Source: Octopus bimaculoides (taxonomy: Eukaryota). From it: 64,000 nucleotides of DNA. The notes under the pieces are model-generated. The model ran no database searches. It was given only the letters and a program-made list of their open reading frames with translations, and was not told where the DNA came from. A program made the translations under genes and the position numbers. The stretch spans positions 15,788,595-15,852,594 of the forward strand of contig NC_068982.1 of NCBI RefSeq assembly GCF_001194135.2. The letters run 5' to 3'. Below, in pieces: positions 51,302-61,745 of the stretch (position 1 is the stretch's first letter; each line of letters starts with the position of its first letter).

Positions 51302-53289
51302 CATTCATACATACACACACATTAGCATATAACCGTGTTTATATAAACGTATGAATGTATACATGTATGATTCATACAGGTAGTAAACACATGCACATGC
51401 ATACATGCACACAGACACAGATGCGTACATGCATATCTGCATACAGACGAAAGCATTCTCTAGAGGACTCCGAAACTAAAGGTGTGTTCACTCAACTGTG
51501 AAAGAATTATATGTAAATGTAAATATTACAGTAAAAAGTCCATAGGTCAAACGAAAAATATTATTATTGGAACTGTAATTCGTTAAGTCAAGCGGATTAT
51601 ACAATTACTGTATAAGCATTAAAGAAGAGAGAGACAGAGGGAGAGTAGTGGGGGTTTACATGGACATAAATGTATGCAATTCAGAATAAATTCTTATATA
51701 TGAAACAGCATCAACATATTACACAGGTGGTGGTGTTGTAGAAGTCGGTCTATGATTCTGTAGTGTAGCAGTTTTTTGTTTTAGATTAGGCTTTTTTAGA
51801 TATATATTTATGTTGTTTTATCTGCTTTTGTGGTTGTTGTTGTTGTTGTTGTTTGGCATCAAGTCCACTTTCGAGTTCTTCGGATGTGTGGTAAGAAGCT
51901 TCCTTCATAACTACATGCTTCTGGGTTCAGTCCCACCTTGGGCAAGTGCCTTCTACTAGAGCCCCAGGCCATCCAAGGCCTTGTGAGTGGATTTGGTAGA
52001 CAGAAACTGAAAGAAGCCCGTTGTGTATATGTGTGTGTTTGTGTTTGTCCTCCACCACCACTGACAACCAGTGTTGGTCTGTTTATGTCCACAGAATGTA
52101 GCAGTTTAACAAAAGAACTGATAGAGGGAGTACCAGGTTTTAATAAAATAAGTACTGGCGTTGATAGCTTCAACTAAAAATTCTTCCAGGCAGTGCCCTA
52201 GCATGGCCACAGTCTATGAATGATTATCAAAATTCCGTAAATAGTTAACATTCAATTTTATTTATTCATTCCAATTATGAATGTTTAATAATTGAATGCT
52301 GTGAGGTCTCGGATAGAATAACTTTTTGTTTTAATCTTGGAATTAAATGGTTTTGATTTACAGCCAGGTGACTTTTGGTCAATCCTGTATATATATATAT
52401 ATACATATGACGGGGTCTTTCTGTTTCCGTCTACCAATTCCACTCACAAGGATTTGGTTGGCCCGAAACTATAATAGAATACATACACACACATATCCTC
52501 TGTGAGTATATGTGTGTATGTGTGTGCATGTACAAGGGAAGTATGCGAATGTTTGTAAGTGTGATTATTAAGTACTTTATTCATATATAAAACACTACAA
52601 TTAGCTGTCACTATTGATGGCACGTGGTCAGCTAGTACTAAATATTACTGTAAGATGTTTAGCTCAGTATTATAATATTTCTGTCAACCCATTGCCCTCA
52701 ATGATTTTAAAACATTAAACAATTCATTACCAAAATCACACAATGCAATCACCACATTTACATACAATATACAATGGAGATATATAACTTAGTCACAAGT
52801 TGGTGTCATGAATTTTGCGGATGGGAAAACTGAATTGATTAAGATTGACTCTCCAGTTTCTTGCTGGCACCTATTTTATGAATCCCAGAAAAACGAAAGG
52901 GTAAGTCAGTCTTGACAGAGTTCAAACTCATCTTGGAAAGAGAAAAAGATATGATTACACCCAGCAAAAGTAGTTCGGCCATCGCTCTATATTATCTCTA
53001 CACCTACCTTTGGAGTATAATATATTATTAGCATTGCATTCACTGACATCCTATAATTATGGAAAGCTACACTTAATATCTTAAGATAATTCAGATTCAA
53101 GCCATTATTCTGTTTCATCTGGGAGGCCAGCAGCTTAACCTTTCATTCTTTCAAGACCAATAAGAATGTATTCGATCGATTGATCGACCATATAACTCTT
53201 CTAAGTAAATAAATAAATAAATAAAAGAAAGAAAGAAAAAAAAAAGCAAAGGACATCTTTTGCCTTTTGAAAGAATTATTTTTGTCCGT

Positions 53290-53695
53290 TCTTTATCTCT
53301 TACTTGTTTTCAGTCATTAGTGTGTGGCTATGCTGGGGCATCGTCTTGAAGGATTTTTAGTTGAATGAATTGACCCCTTAGTATTTTTTAAAGCCTGGTA
53401 GTTATTCTATCAGTCTCTTTTGCTGAACTGTTAAGTATGGTGGATGTAAACACACCAACACCAGTTATCAAGTGGAGGGTGGGGGACAAACTCAGACGTA
53501 AATACGCACACACACACACACTCACACATGTACAATGGGTTTTTTTTCAGTTTCTGTCAACCAAATCCACTCACATGGCTTTGGTCATCCCAGGGCTATA
53601 GTAGAAGACACTTGCTCCATGTGCCACACAGTGGGACTGAACCCAGAACCACATGGTTTGGAAGCAAGCTTCTTACCACACAGCCAAGCCTGCAC
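53290..53695 (-). mobile_element. SINE family A copy
   Basis: Reverse complement matches the head (cttaccacacagcc) and tail (ttttcagtcatt) of family A. Confidence 0.8.
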
Positions 53696-54399
53696 CACTT
53701 TATATTTATCCAAGAATAAAGGCAGAAATAACAGAACGTTGGGTTCGATATTTTTTTATCTGAGTCCTACTTTACAAATATGGATACTAATCATAATAAA
53801 GTTAATATTACCTTTGATATTTCAGAGATTAATTAATCATATATTGGTAATATATCATAATTGATTCAAGTAATTAAGACACAGACAATAAAAAAAATCT
53901 ATCTTTAACTTCTGTTGTGTGTGCGGAGAGTCATTCTCTTTTAGTGCCTTATAATTTAACACATTCACCAGTCTGATTTCCACTCATTTACTTATTTATC
54001 CACTCACAAGGCTTTGGTCAGCCTGAGGCTATAGTAGAAGACACTTGCCCAAGCTGCCATGCAGTGGGACTGAACCCAGAACCATGTGGTTCGTAAGCAA
54101 GCTACTTACCACACACCCACTCCTACGCCTATACTGGCTGCCTTTTAAATGACACTGGCATATGTGCCACTGGCATGGGTGCCTTCTACGTGCCACCAGC
54201 ACTGGCCATGGCTATGATTTTTCACTGAGCCTTAACACCGACTAAAGGCGGTGCTCCAGCATGGCCACAGTCAAATGACTGAAACAAGTAAAAGAGTACA
54301 CTCTTGGAGCAGTTAGCATCAAGAATGACATCCAGCAATAGAAACCAAGCCAAAACGGACTGGTGCCTGGTGCAACTCTCTGGCTTACTATCTCCAACC

Positions 54400-54618
54400 A
54401 ATCTTTTAATTGACAATAAACCTATTTGTTAAATACTGTTAAATAAATAAATGTAAAAATATATGTTATTTTAAGCAAATATTTATGTATAAATTTCATA
54501 ANNNNNNNNNNATAAAAAGTATTTGCTGTCCACGGACCCCCGTCTTGTCCTTGCGGACCCCGTCTTGTCCTTGCGGACCCTCTGTGGTCTGCGGACCACA
54601 GTTTGAAAACTGCTGGTC
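54400..54618 (-). mobile_element. hAT-type MITE inserted in a SINE-like repeat
   Basis: Reverse terminus ccagcagttttcaaactgtggtccgc; internal ~20-bp tandem duplication (gtcttgtccttgcggacccc). Host repeat resumes at aacccatgccagcatgg. Confidence 0.55.
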
Positions 54619-54857
54619 TAACCCATGCCAGCATGGAAAAACAGATGAAGATGGTGACGATACTGATGACATCATTGGAATCTGAAAGCTATGATTAATT
54701 CAAACAATGTGAATAGACAAGAATTATATTTCACAAAGTATTTTGAAAGGCAAAGGGTTAAAAGTAAAGAATTCTCCAAACTTTATAAATTAGAGTTACC
54801 ATGTTTTTGCTTTCCTTTGTTTTTTTTTTCCTGATATTAATTTGGTTCAATTTTCAG

Positions 54858-56875
54858 GCTGATTCTAAGGAGCATATCTATGTCCTGGACCCTTTGCCAC
54901 CACCAACTCTGCGTAACAAGGAAGAGACACCTCCTTCATCCGTTTCATCCCCTAACAGATACAGCTCTTCCTCGTTGTCGTCCCTGGAACTAAACTTTCC
55001 CGAACACCAACCACCACCTCCGCCACGCCCCATCGAATTAATCATGGAGTCACTACCCGCAACCCCACCACGAACTTCCCCGCCTCCAATCTCCACCGTA
55101 CTAACACCGCCTCCACCTCCCCCACTCCTACCACCTACAGGTGCCCCTCCACCACTGCCACTAACAACACCTCCACCACTGACATCACCTCCGCCTCCAC
55201 TGCTGCCTACATCACCATCACCGTCATCATCAGTGCCACAGACTCTCTCTGCAGCTGCTGCGGCAGCAGTTGTCACAACCAAACTAGCTCCAGGACAACA
55301 TTTAGACACCAGCATCTCAACAGAATCCCCACCTATTCCATTACGGGAAAATAAACGCAATTTGATGAATAGAAACATTACACACCGGTTCTCCTTTTCT
55401 GATTTTGGTACAGTTCAAACTAACATTCCTTCTACGTCTCATTTGGCGGCATTACATCCTGAAATAAATAAAAGAGCTCTTCGGGTAAAATCTGAAGTTT
55501 ATCACAACACACCGCCATCATATCATTCTGTGGTGTCCCGAGAGAATTCAGAAAGCAATGAAATCGTATATGTCAGCGACAGAGACAATAATTTTCAATG
55601 CAGGGAACAAAATGACAAAACATTCGGTGGGTCAAGAGACAGTATAGAAAGCGAGCATTCTTGGGAAGGAGATAACATATATGGCTATACTTGTGATGGA
55701 CGTACTTTGATCCCCAATTCCAAGACCGATCTTGTTTATTCTTACCCAGCTAATTTCAAAGTTTGTGATTTTCAGAAGTATGTCATTCATAGATCTCAAG
55801 AATTAACCACTTCTGATGATAATACTTCATTTCATCAAAAGAAATATTTGAAAGATAGCGCCAGTGAAGAAACCAATGCTAATTCTGCTGTGTTACCATC
55901 TTCTACAAACTTTTTTCCAGATTCTTCACCTTTTAAATGTGCTAGTTCTCCCACGTCACCACAATCGAAAAAATATCATAAACTCTCTTCTCGGGAAATG
56001 AAAGAAATTGACTCACTGCCATGGTTTCCTGGTTTCGGTGCCAAACCAGACCAAAGCCGTCTTTCATCATCAATGTTTAATTCTTCAAGTTCTGGTGTAA
56101 GTTATGAACTTCAGTTAGAGAATGCTGAGCAAAATGCTACAAACATCATTAACAATAATGTGACGTGCACCTCATGCAAACATAGAAATTGTCTTTCTTC
56201 TGCCAATTTCCCAAAGAATGGTATTAATTCAATTGCTAAACCAGAACAAATACTTTACAATAGGGAATTCCTTTCAGAAAACCTTGATCGGTTGAGCTTA
56301 GCTCCAAATAATCAAAATTCAAGATATTCAAACAGTAATATCAGTTCAGATGACGACCTTCACATGCAAAACAGCCAACATATGCAAAACAGCCAACATA
56401 TGCAAAACAGCCAACATGTGCAAAACAGCCAACATGTGCAAAATAGCCAACATGTGCAAAATAGCCAACATGTGCAAAACACGCAACATTCAGCACCGGT
56501 AGCTTTACCTCCTCAACCCCAAATCCCTGCTAAACCACCTGTAAATATTCCTCCTGCGCAAGAAGAGCCTGAAGATGTTATGCCTCCTTTACCTCCTCCT
56601 CGAATACCCAGACGTAGTGATATCTTTCCTCCACGGAGACCACCCCGTCCTAACAGCTTTGTTCCTAAATCTCGCGATCAGCAAACTGAGAACGATTTAG
56701 AAACTGCTTCTTCGGATGAAAGCTTGGACAATGCTCCTCATTTTGTTACAAATCTAGCCATGAGTCAAGTTTTACAACTCAAAGAAGAGCTCAAAAAAAC
56801 AAATGGCTTGACAATTTCTGTATCTCGAACAGATATATATAACATTGCTTTCGTGGAATATGCTAAGAAAATTTG
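54858..56875 (+). CDS. 2018-nt coding exon: Pro/Ser-rich linker plus start of first PDZ-like domain
   Basis: Within the 692-aa ORF 54801-56879. Real start after ttttcag at 54858 (ADSKEHIY); donor TG|gtaag at 56876 precedes the ORF stop. Confidence 0.92.
56361..56486 (+). repeat. Coding minisatellite, 7 x 18 bp (H[M/V]QN[S/T]Q)
   Basis: ca(c/t)(a/g)tgcaaaa(c/t)agccaa repeated: 3 HMQNSQ, 3 HVQNSQ, 1 HVQNTQ. Confidence 0.95.
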
Positions 56876-57169
56876 GTAAGTTCTCATTCTTTATCATCTT
56901 TCAACGTTATATTTCAAAATTCTTTCAATAATTTCCATACAAAGTGATTAAATTTATCTCAAAATTAATTCTTGTGTTTCAAATAATTCTATCTATCAAT
57001 CGTTCTATCTATCTATTTGTCTGTCTAGCTATCTATCTCTCTCTCTATATATATATACATAGAGAGAGATATATAAACATACATACATAAACACAAATAC
57101 AGTGCACACACACACACACATGTATAAATGTAATCATGGCGATTTTGTTTTTCTCTTTTTTACTTCCAG

Positions 57170-57410
57170 GGTTGCTGGCTGGAATCAAAGAGAATGCCCT
57201 AATCTTTACCATATTTTACATGTTGGGGATGAACTTCTCTGCTTGAACAAAGTCACTGTTGATTCTATATCTTGGTTAAAATCCCTTATAAAAAAATCAA
57301 ACCAGTTTGATTTGGAAATAAAAAGAATACCAAAGGGTCAATTATATATAATCAAAAAAGAAGTTGAAGGACAGTCCCTTGGTATACAAAATGATTCCAA
57401 AACCGGAGAA
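57170..57410 (+). CDS. Coding exon: PDZ-like 1 C-half and PDZ-like 2 N-part (VAGW...LHVGDELLCLN...LEIKRIPKG...SLGIQ)
   Basis: ttccag acceptor, gtgagt donor, 241 nt, phase 2 to 0. LHVGDELLCLN matches the PDZ L-x-x-GD-x-I-x-x-x-N motif; SLGI is a GLGF-type loop. Confidence 0.9.
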
Positions 57411-58009
57411 GTGAGTAATAAGATAATTGTTTGCTTTCTTTAATTTTTGTTATTATCATTAATGTTATTTTTTTATCATTAATAAGATGGTGAGTAGAAT
57501 GGTGAGCTGGCTGAATTGTTAGCATGCTGGACGAAATTGCATAGCAATATTTCATCTGTTGTTACATTCCGAGTTCAAATTCCACTGTGGGAGACTTTCC
57601 CTTTCATCCTTTCAGGGTCGATAAATTAAGTACCAGTGACACACTGGAGTTGATATAATCGACTAGTCCCCTCCCCAAAAATTTCGGGCCTTGTGCCTTT
57701 AGTAGAAAAGATTATTATTATTATATAACATGCTTCTGGCATTATGAAGAGCATCCTGTTGTAGAAACCATGCCAAAACCAGACAGTAGATATAGATGCA
57801 GTCCTCTGGCTTGTCATCTCCTGTCAAAGCATCCAACACTTGGTAGCATAGAAAGCAGGCCTTAAATGATGATGATAAAGAAGAAGAGGATGATGATGTT
57901 AGTAGGGATGCTGTCTTGAGGTTTACTGACAAGTCTATGCAGATCTCAAGAACCTTTCTCTGGATTGCACTTTTCTTCAGGTTGACAATACAAGTCTCAA
58001 TTCCAATCA

Positions 58010-58570
58010 TCATCATCATCATCATTGTTTGACATCTGCTTTCCATGCTAGCATGGGTTGGACTATTTGACTGAGAACTGGTGAACCAGAAGGCTGCATC
58101 AGGCGCCAATCTGATTTGGCAGAGTTTCTACAGCTGGATGCCCTTCCTAATGCCAACCACTCCGAGAGTGTAGTGGGTGCTTTTACGTGCCACCGGCACG
58201 AGGGCCAGTCACATGGTACTGGCAACGGCCATGCTCAAAATGGTGTTTTTTACGTGCCACCTGCATGGGAGCCAGTCCAGCGGCACTGGCAGCGACCTCG
58301 CTCGAATGATTTTCTAACGTGCCACCAGCACAAGTGCTAGAAGGTGACACTGGTAATGATTACGCTCAAATGGTGCTATTTACGGGCCACTAGCATGGAA
58401 GCCAGACAGCTGCTATGGCAATGAACACGCTCGGACAGTAGTGTTAGTGCTTCACTGGCGCAGGTGCCAGTCAACGAGTATTGTTCAATTACGATTTCGA
58501 TTTCACTTGCTCCAACAGGTCTTCACAAGCAGAGTTTAGTGTTCAAAGAAGGAGAGGTTGGCATGGGTGC
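58010..58570 (-). mobile_element. Long family C copy with ~65-bp internal units
   Basis: ggtgcttttacgtgccac-type cores at ~58177, 58242, 58307 and 58372. Upstream part (gatttcacttg..caacaggtctt..gcagagtttagtgt) is shared with the copy at 2572-3125. Confidence 0.8.
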
Positions 58571-58604
58571 CAGTCGGTTCGATTACGATTTCAGATTTAA
58601 AATT

Positions 58605-58975
58605 TAAAATTCCAATATCCTTTAAATTTCTTAAGTAGCTGTTTGCACCAACTTTCACTGGAATAATTGTCATCTTAGTCTTCCACAACCTCTTCATCAT
58701 TCTGGTTAGGTCCTGTTATTCCTTAATTTCTTGCCATTTCATATCAACTCTGTTATCTACTGGTTCTCCAGAGTCTATGATTTTACTCTGTCAGTTTATT
58801 TTGTTCACCACAATCATATCTAGTTTTCTTGCTTCAATTGTATGGCAAGACTTATTGGGGAAGGCCTTTAAAATCCTATAATTATTTTTCTCCATCATAG
58901 CCTCTGATTTCTGTCCATACCACTTTGCTTTTGTTCTGAAACCATTCTGCTGGCACCATGTCAAAAGCACTGATG
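58605..58975 (-). mobile_element. RLE-type non-LTR endonuclease fragment
   Basis: KWY..K.E...E.NNYRIL...HTIEARKLDMIVVNK...KIIDS..PVD...QDL..MKRLWK..IIPV.VGA; contains stops. Confidence 0.78.
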
Positions 58976-59412
58976 CTTGTGTCATGCAAAAAACATACAT
59001 TACACTCTGCAAAAGTGGTTTTGCTTAAGGAAGGGTATCCAACCATACAAACCGTACTAAAACAGATGACTGAAGCCTGGTGCAGCCCTCCAGTTTGCCA
59101 GCTCCTCTCAAGCCATCCAACCCATGCCAGCATGGAAAACAGACGTTAAATGATGGTGATGATGGTAGCACTCATCTAACATCCCAATGTGGTCTTTACT
59201 GCATTTATACACTTTTTGCTATAGAAACCACTACATGCTACTTTATTCAAGAGAGATCATATTCTGAGGTTTGGTGCTAAAAAAGTCTTCTCAAATCTCA
59301 AGAATTTATTTTTAGGATTTTTCATGAAACTGTAAGGTAGAATAAAACTAAAATGTCCCTTACCTGAAAAAACCAATAAGGGTTTGCAGCAGAAAGGGCA
59401 TCTAGCTGTATA

Positions 59413-59586
59413 AAAAATAAATAAATGCGCCCTTTTTAAAGCCTAGCCAGGCTCATGGGCCCAGTTTCCCGGTTACAATGGCGTATGTGTTCCCCAGCTG
59501 GACGGGATGCCAGTCCATCGCAGCGTTACTCATTTTTGCCAGCTGAGTGGACTGGAACACCCTAACCACTCAACCACGTGCCTCCA
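59413..59586 (-). mobile_element. Internally deleted family E SINE with 14-bp target-site duplication
   Basis: catctagctgtata at both 59399-59412 and 59587-59600; (TTTA)-like tail. Confidence 0.8.
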
Positions 59587-59905
59587 CATCTAGCTGTATA
59601 ATGATACCTTAATAACAAGTATTCATCTGATCCATGCTAACATGAAAACCAGGCATAAAACAAACAAATTTAGCTTGGAATGTGTATGGCCATGCTGATA
59701 ATCTTTGATACTTAAACCAGATATTAAAAACATCAATAAAATCACTATCAAAAATATTCATCCTTACAGCATGTTTTTCTCCAGTGCTTAATTAATCAGC
59801 TTTTATGTTATTTTCAGTCTCCAAACATTATTCGTATTTTTTTTTTCAATCATTAACATTTTATCAAAATTGTTATTGTTAGTTTTTAAACCATTGTTAT
59901 TTTAT

Positions 59906-59940
<35 letters not shown>

Positions 59941-60128
59941 TAACTTCTAAGGTTACTTGTTGTAGCCTGATGTTAGGAATTTTTTTCTTTTCCAACAGTC
60001 TAATCTGTTGTGTGTATATGAATAATAATAATATCCAGGAGTTATGATAAAACCTGTGATAAAAAGAAAAATAATAATTATTATTATTGTTGTTATTATC
60101 AATATTATCATCATTACTATTATGGTTA

Positions 60129-60165
<37 letters not shown>

Positions 60166-60182
60166 CATTATTATATTTCTAG

Positions 60183-60326
60183 ATTCTTTCTGTTGAACCT
60201 TCGGGCTTAGCTGGCAGACAAGGCATGCAATCAACTCCAGGTAACAAGACGAAAGATAAACTGAATCACTGGGTATTCACAGAAATTAACAGTCGACCAT
60301 TAAATCTGTTTGCAAATTACACACAG
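60183..60326 (+). CDS. Coding exon: PDZ-like 2 (ILSVEPSGLAGRQGMQSTPGNKTKDKLNHWVFTEINSRPLNLFANYTQ)
   Basis: tttctag acceptor, gtaagg donor at 60327, 144 nt, phase 0 to 0. V-x-P-x-G-L-A-x-R-x-G is the PDZ betaC/alphaA motif. Not in the ORF track. Confidence 0.85.
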
Positions 60327-60819
60327 GTAAGGTTCTGAAATTTATTGCCAAATTCATCAAATTTAAAATTCAGGTAGTAAATTGGTGCAGAAGTGCAGTT
60401 GTTGCTTTGTGGTTAACAAGATTGCTTTGTGTCCATTTAGTACAGAAAATTGTATATATATATATATTGTCGTCATCAACGTCATTGTTTAACATCCATT
60501 TTCCATGCTGGCATGGGTTGGACAGTTTGACTGGGGACTGGCAAGCCAGGAGGCCGCACCTGACTCCAATCTGATCTGGCAATGTTTCTACAGATGGATG
60601 TCAACCTAATGGATGCTTCCTAATGCCAACCACTTCGAGAGTGTACTGGGTACTTTTTAGGTGGCACCGGCATGTAAGCCAGTCAGACGGTACTGGCATC
60701 AGCCACGTTCTGATGGTGCTTTTTACGTGCCATTGACACAGGATCCAGTCAGGGCAAGGGAGCTGGCATCGACCACGTTTGGATGGTGTTTTTTACGTGC
60801 CATATATATGTATATATAG

Positions 60820-61215
60820 CATGGCTGTGTGGTAAGAAGCTTGGTTCCCAACTACATGGTTGCAGGTTCAGTCCATTGCGTGGCACCTTGGGCAAGTGTC
60901 TCAGGTCAACCAAAACCTTGTGAGTGGATTTGGCAGATGGAAACTGAATGAAGCCTGTCATGTATATAAATATATATAGTCATATATATATATTTGTGTG
61001 TGTGTCTTTGTTCCCCCTCTCCCATCGCTACTTGACAACCAGTGTTGGTGTGTTGACATCCCTGTAACTAAGCAGTTTGGCAAAAAGACCTATAGAATAA
61101 ATACGAGTATTAAGAAATGAGTCCTGGGGTTGATTTGTTCAGCTAAAGCCCTTCAATGTGGTGCTCCAGCATGGCCAATGTCAAATGACTGAAACAAGTA
61201 AAAGAATAAAGGAAT
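60820..61215 (+). mobile_element. SINE family A copy
   Basis: gcatggctgtgtggtaagaagc ... aaatgactgaaacaagtaaaagaat. Confidence 0.85.
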
Positions 61216-61514
61216 AAAAGAATGTATGTATGTGTCTAGAACCTTTATGCTAGTCCATGTGAAATGACTCCGAGCTAGTCTTCATGAAAGGCTTGCTTGC
61301 TGGTCCATGTAAAAAGCACCCATTTCAGTGCCCCAAGAAAACTGACCAGCACACTCTGTAAAATGGTTGGCATTAGGAAGGGCATCCAGCTGTAGAAACC
61401 ATGCCAAAGCAAACTTAGCAGATCTGGTCAAACTGTCCAACCCATTCCAGCATGAAAACAGATGATAAATGACAACAAAGATGATATATATGTATGTATT
61501 GATAGACAGCGATG

Positions 61515-61745
61515 AGGAAATAATTTTATCATCAAACAAAGAGTGATGCTAATAATATAGCATGAACAGGATAAACTATTCAAATTTTGCAGAAAAATCT
61601 GTCTGTGGACACGTAATCACAAGGATGTGAGTTCATGTCTCCTCATGGCTGGCCATCAACAGATTTTTCTGCAAAATATGGATACTTTGTCCTATTCATG
61701 CTATATTATTAGCTTCACCCTGCGTTTGAGAAAAAATTTATTTCC
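61515..61745. repeat. Fold-back element or MITE, ~85-bp imperfect arms
   Basis: gctaataatatagcatgaacagga..ttttgcagaaaaatctg / cagatttttctgcaaaa..tcctattcatgctatattattagc, extending outward to ggaaataa / ttatttcc. Confidence 0.8.

Larger units (their letters stand above)
16609..60326 (+). other. Multi-exon gene (3'-incomplete) for a PH + Pro/Ser-rich linker + tandem PDZ-like scaffold protein
   Basis: Six exons (102+224+64+2018+241+144 = 2793 nt, 931 codons) join in frame with phases 0,2,0,2,0,0, all GT-AG, no stops. Junctions rebuild domain motifs (NLMS|NRNVVRWF; KAKNR|QEMMEW; KKIW|VAGW; KTGE|ILSVEP). Confidence 0.9.

Noticed and set aside
51455-51500. Further hammerhead-like cores (cagacga...ccgaaac; also ~42230 and ~32780)
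   Set aside because: The CUGA core is mutated and the stems cannot be formed convincingly.
54801-54857. Apparent hydrophobic signal peptide at the start of the 692-aa ORF (MFLLSFVFFFLILIWFNFQ), and the ORF stop at 56877
   Set aside because: Both are intronic: the first is the T-rich acceptor tract, and the stop lies within the gtaag donor.
54878-55378. 166-aa Gly-rich minus-strand ORF
   Set aside because: Antisense shadow of the Pro-rich coding exon.
16609-60326. Naming the gene as Gab/Dos, syntenin, CNK, PREX or Tiam
   Set aside because: Domain order or content differs from each (no SAM/CRIC, DH or DEP; PDZ absent in Gab; PH absent in syntenin). The gene symbol is left blank pending a search.
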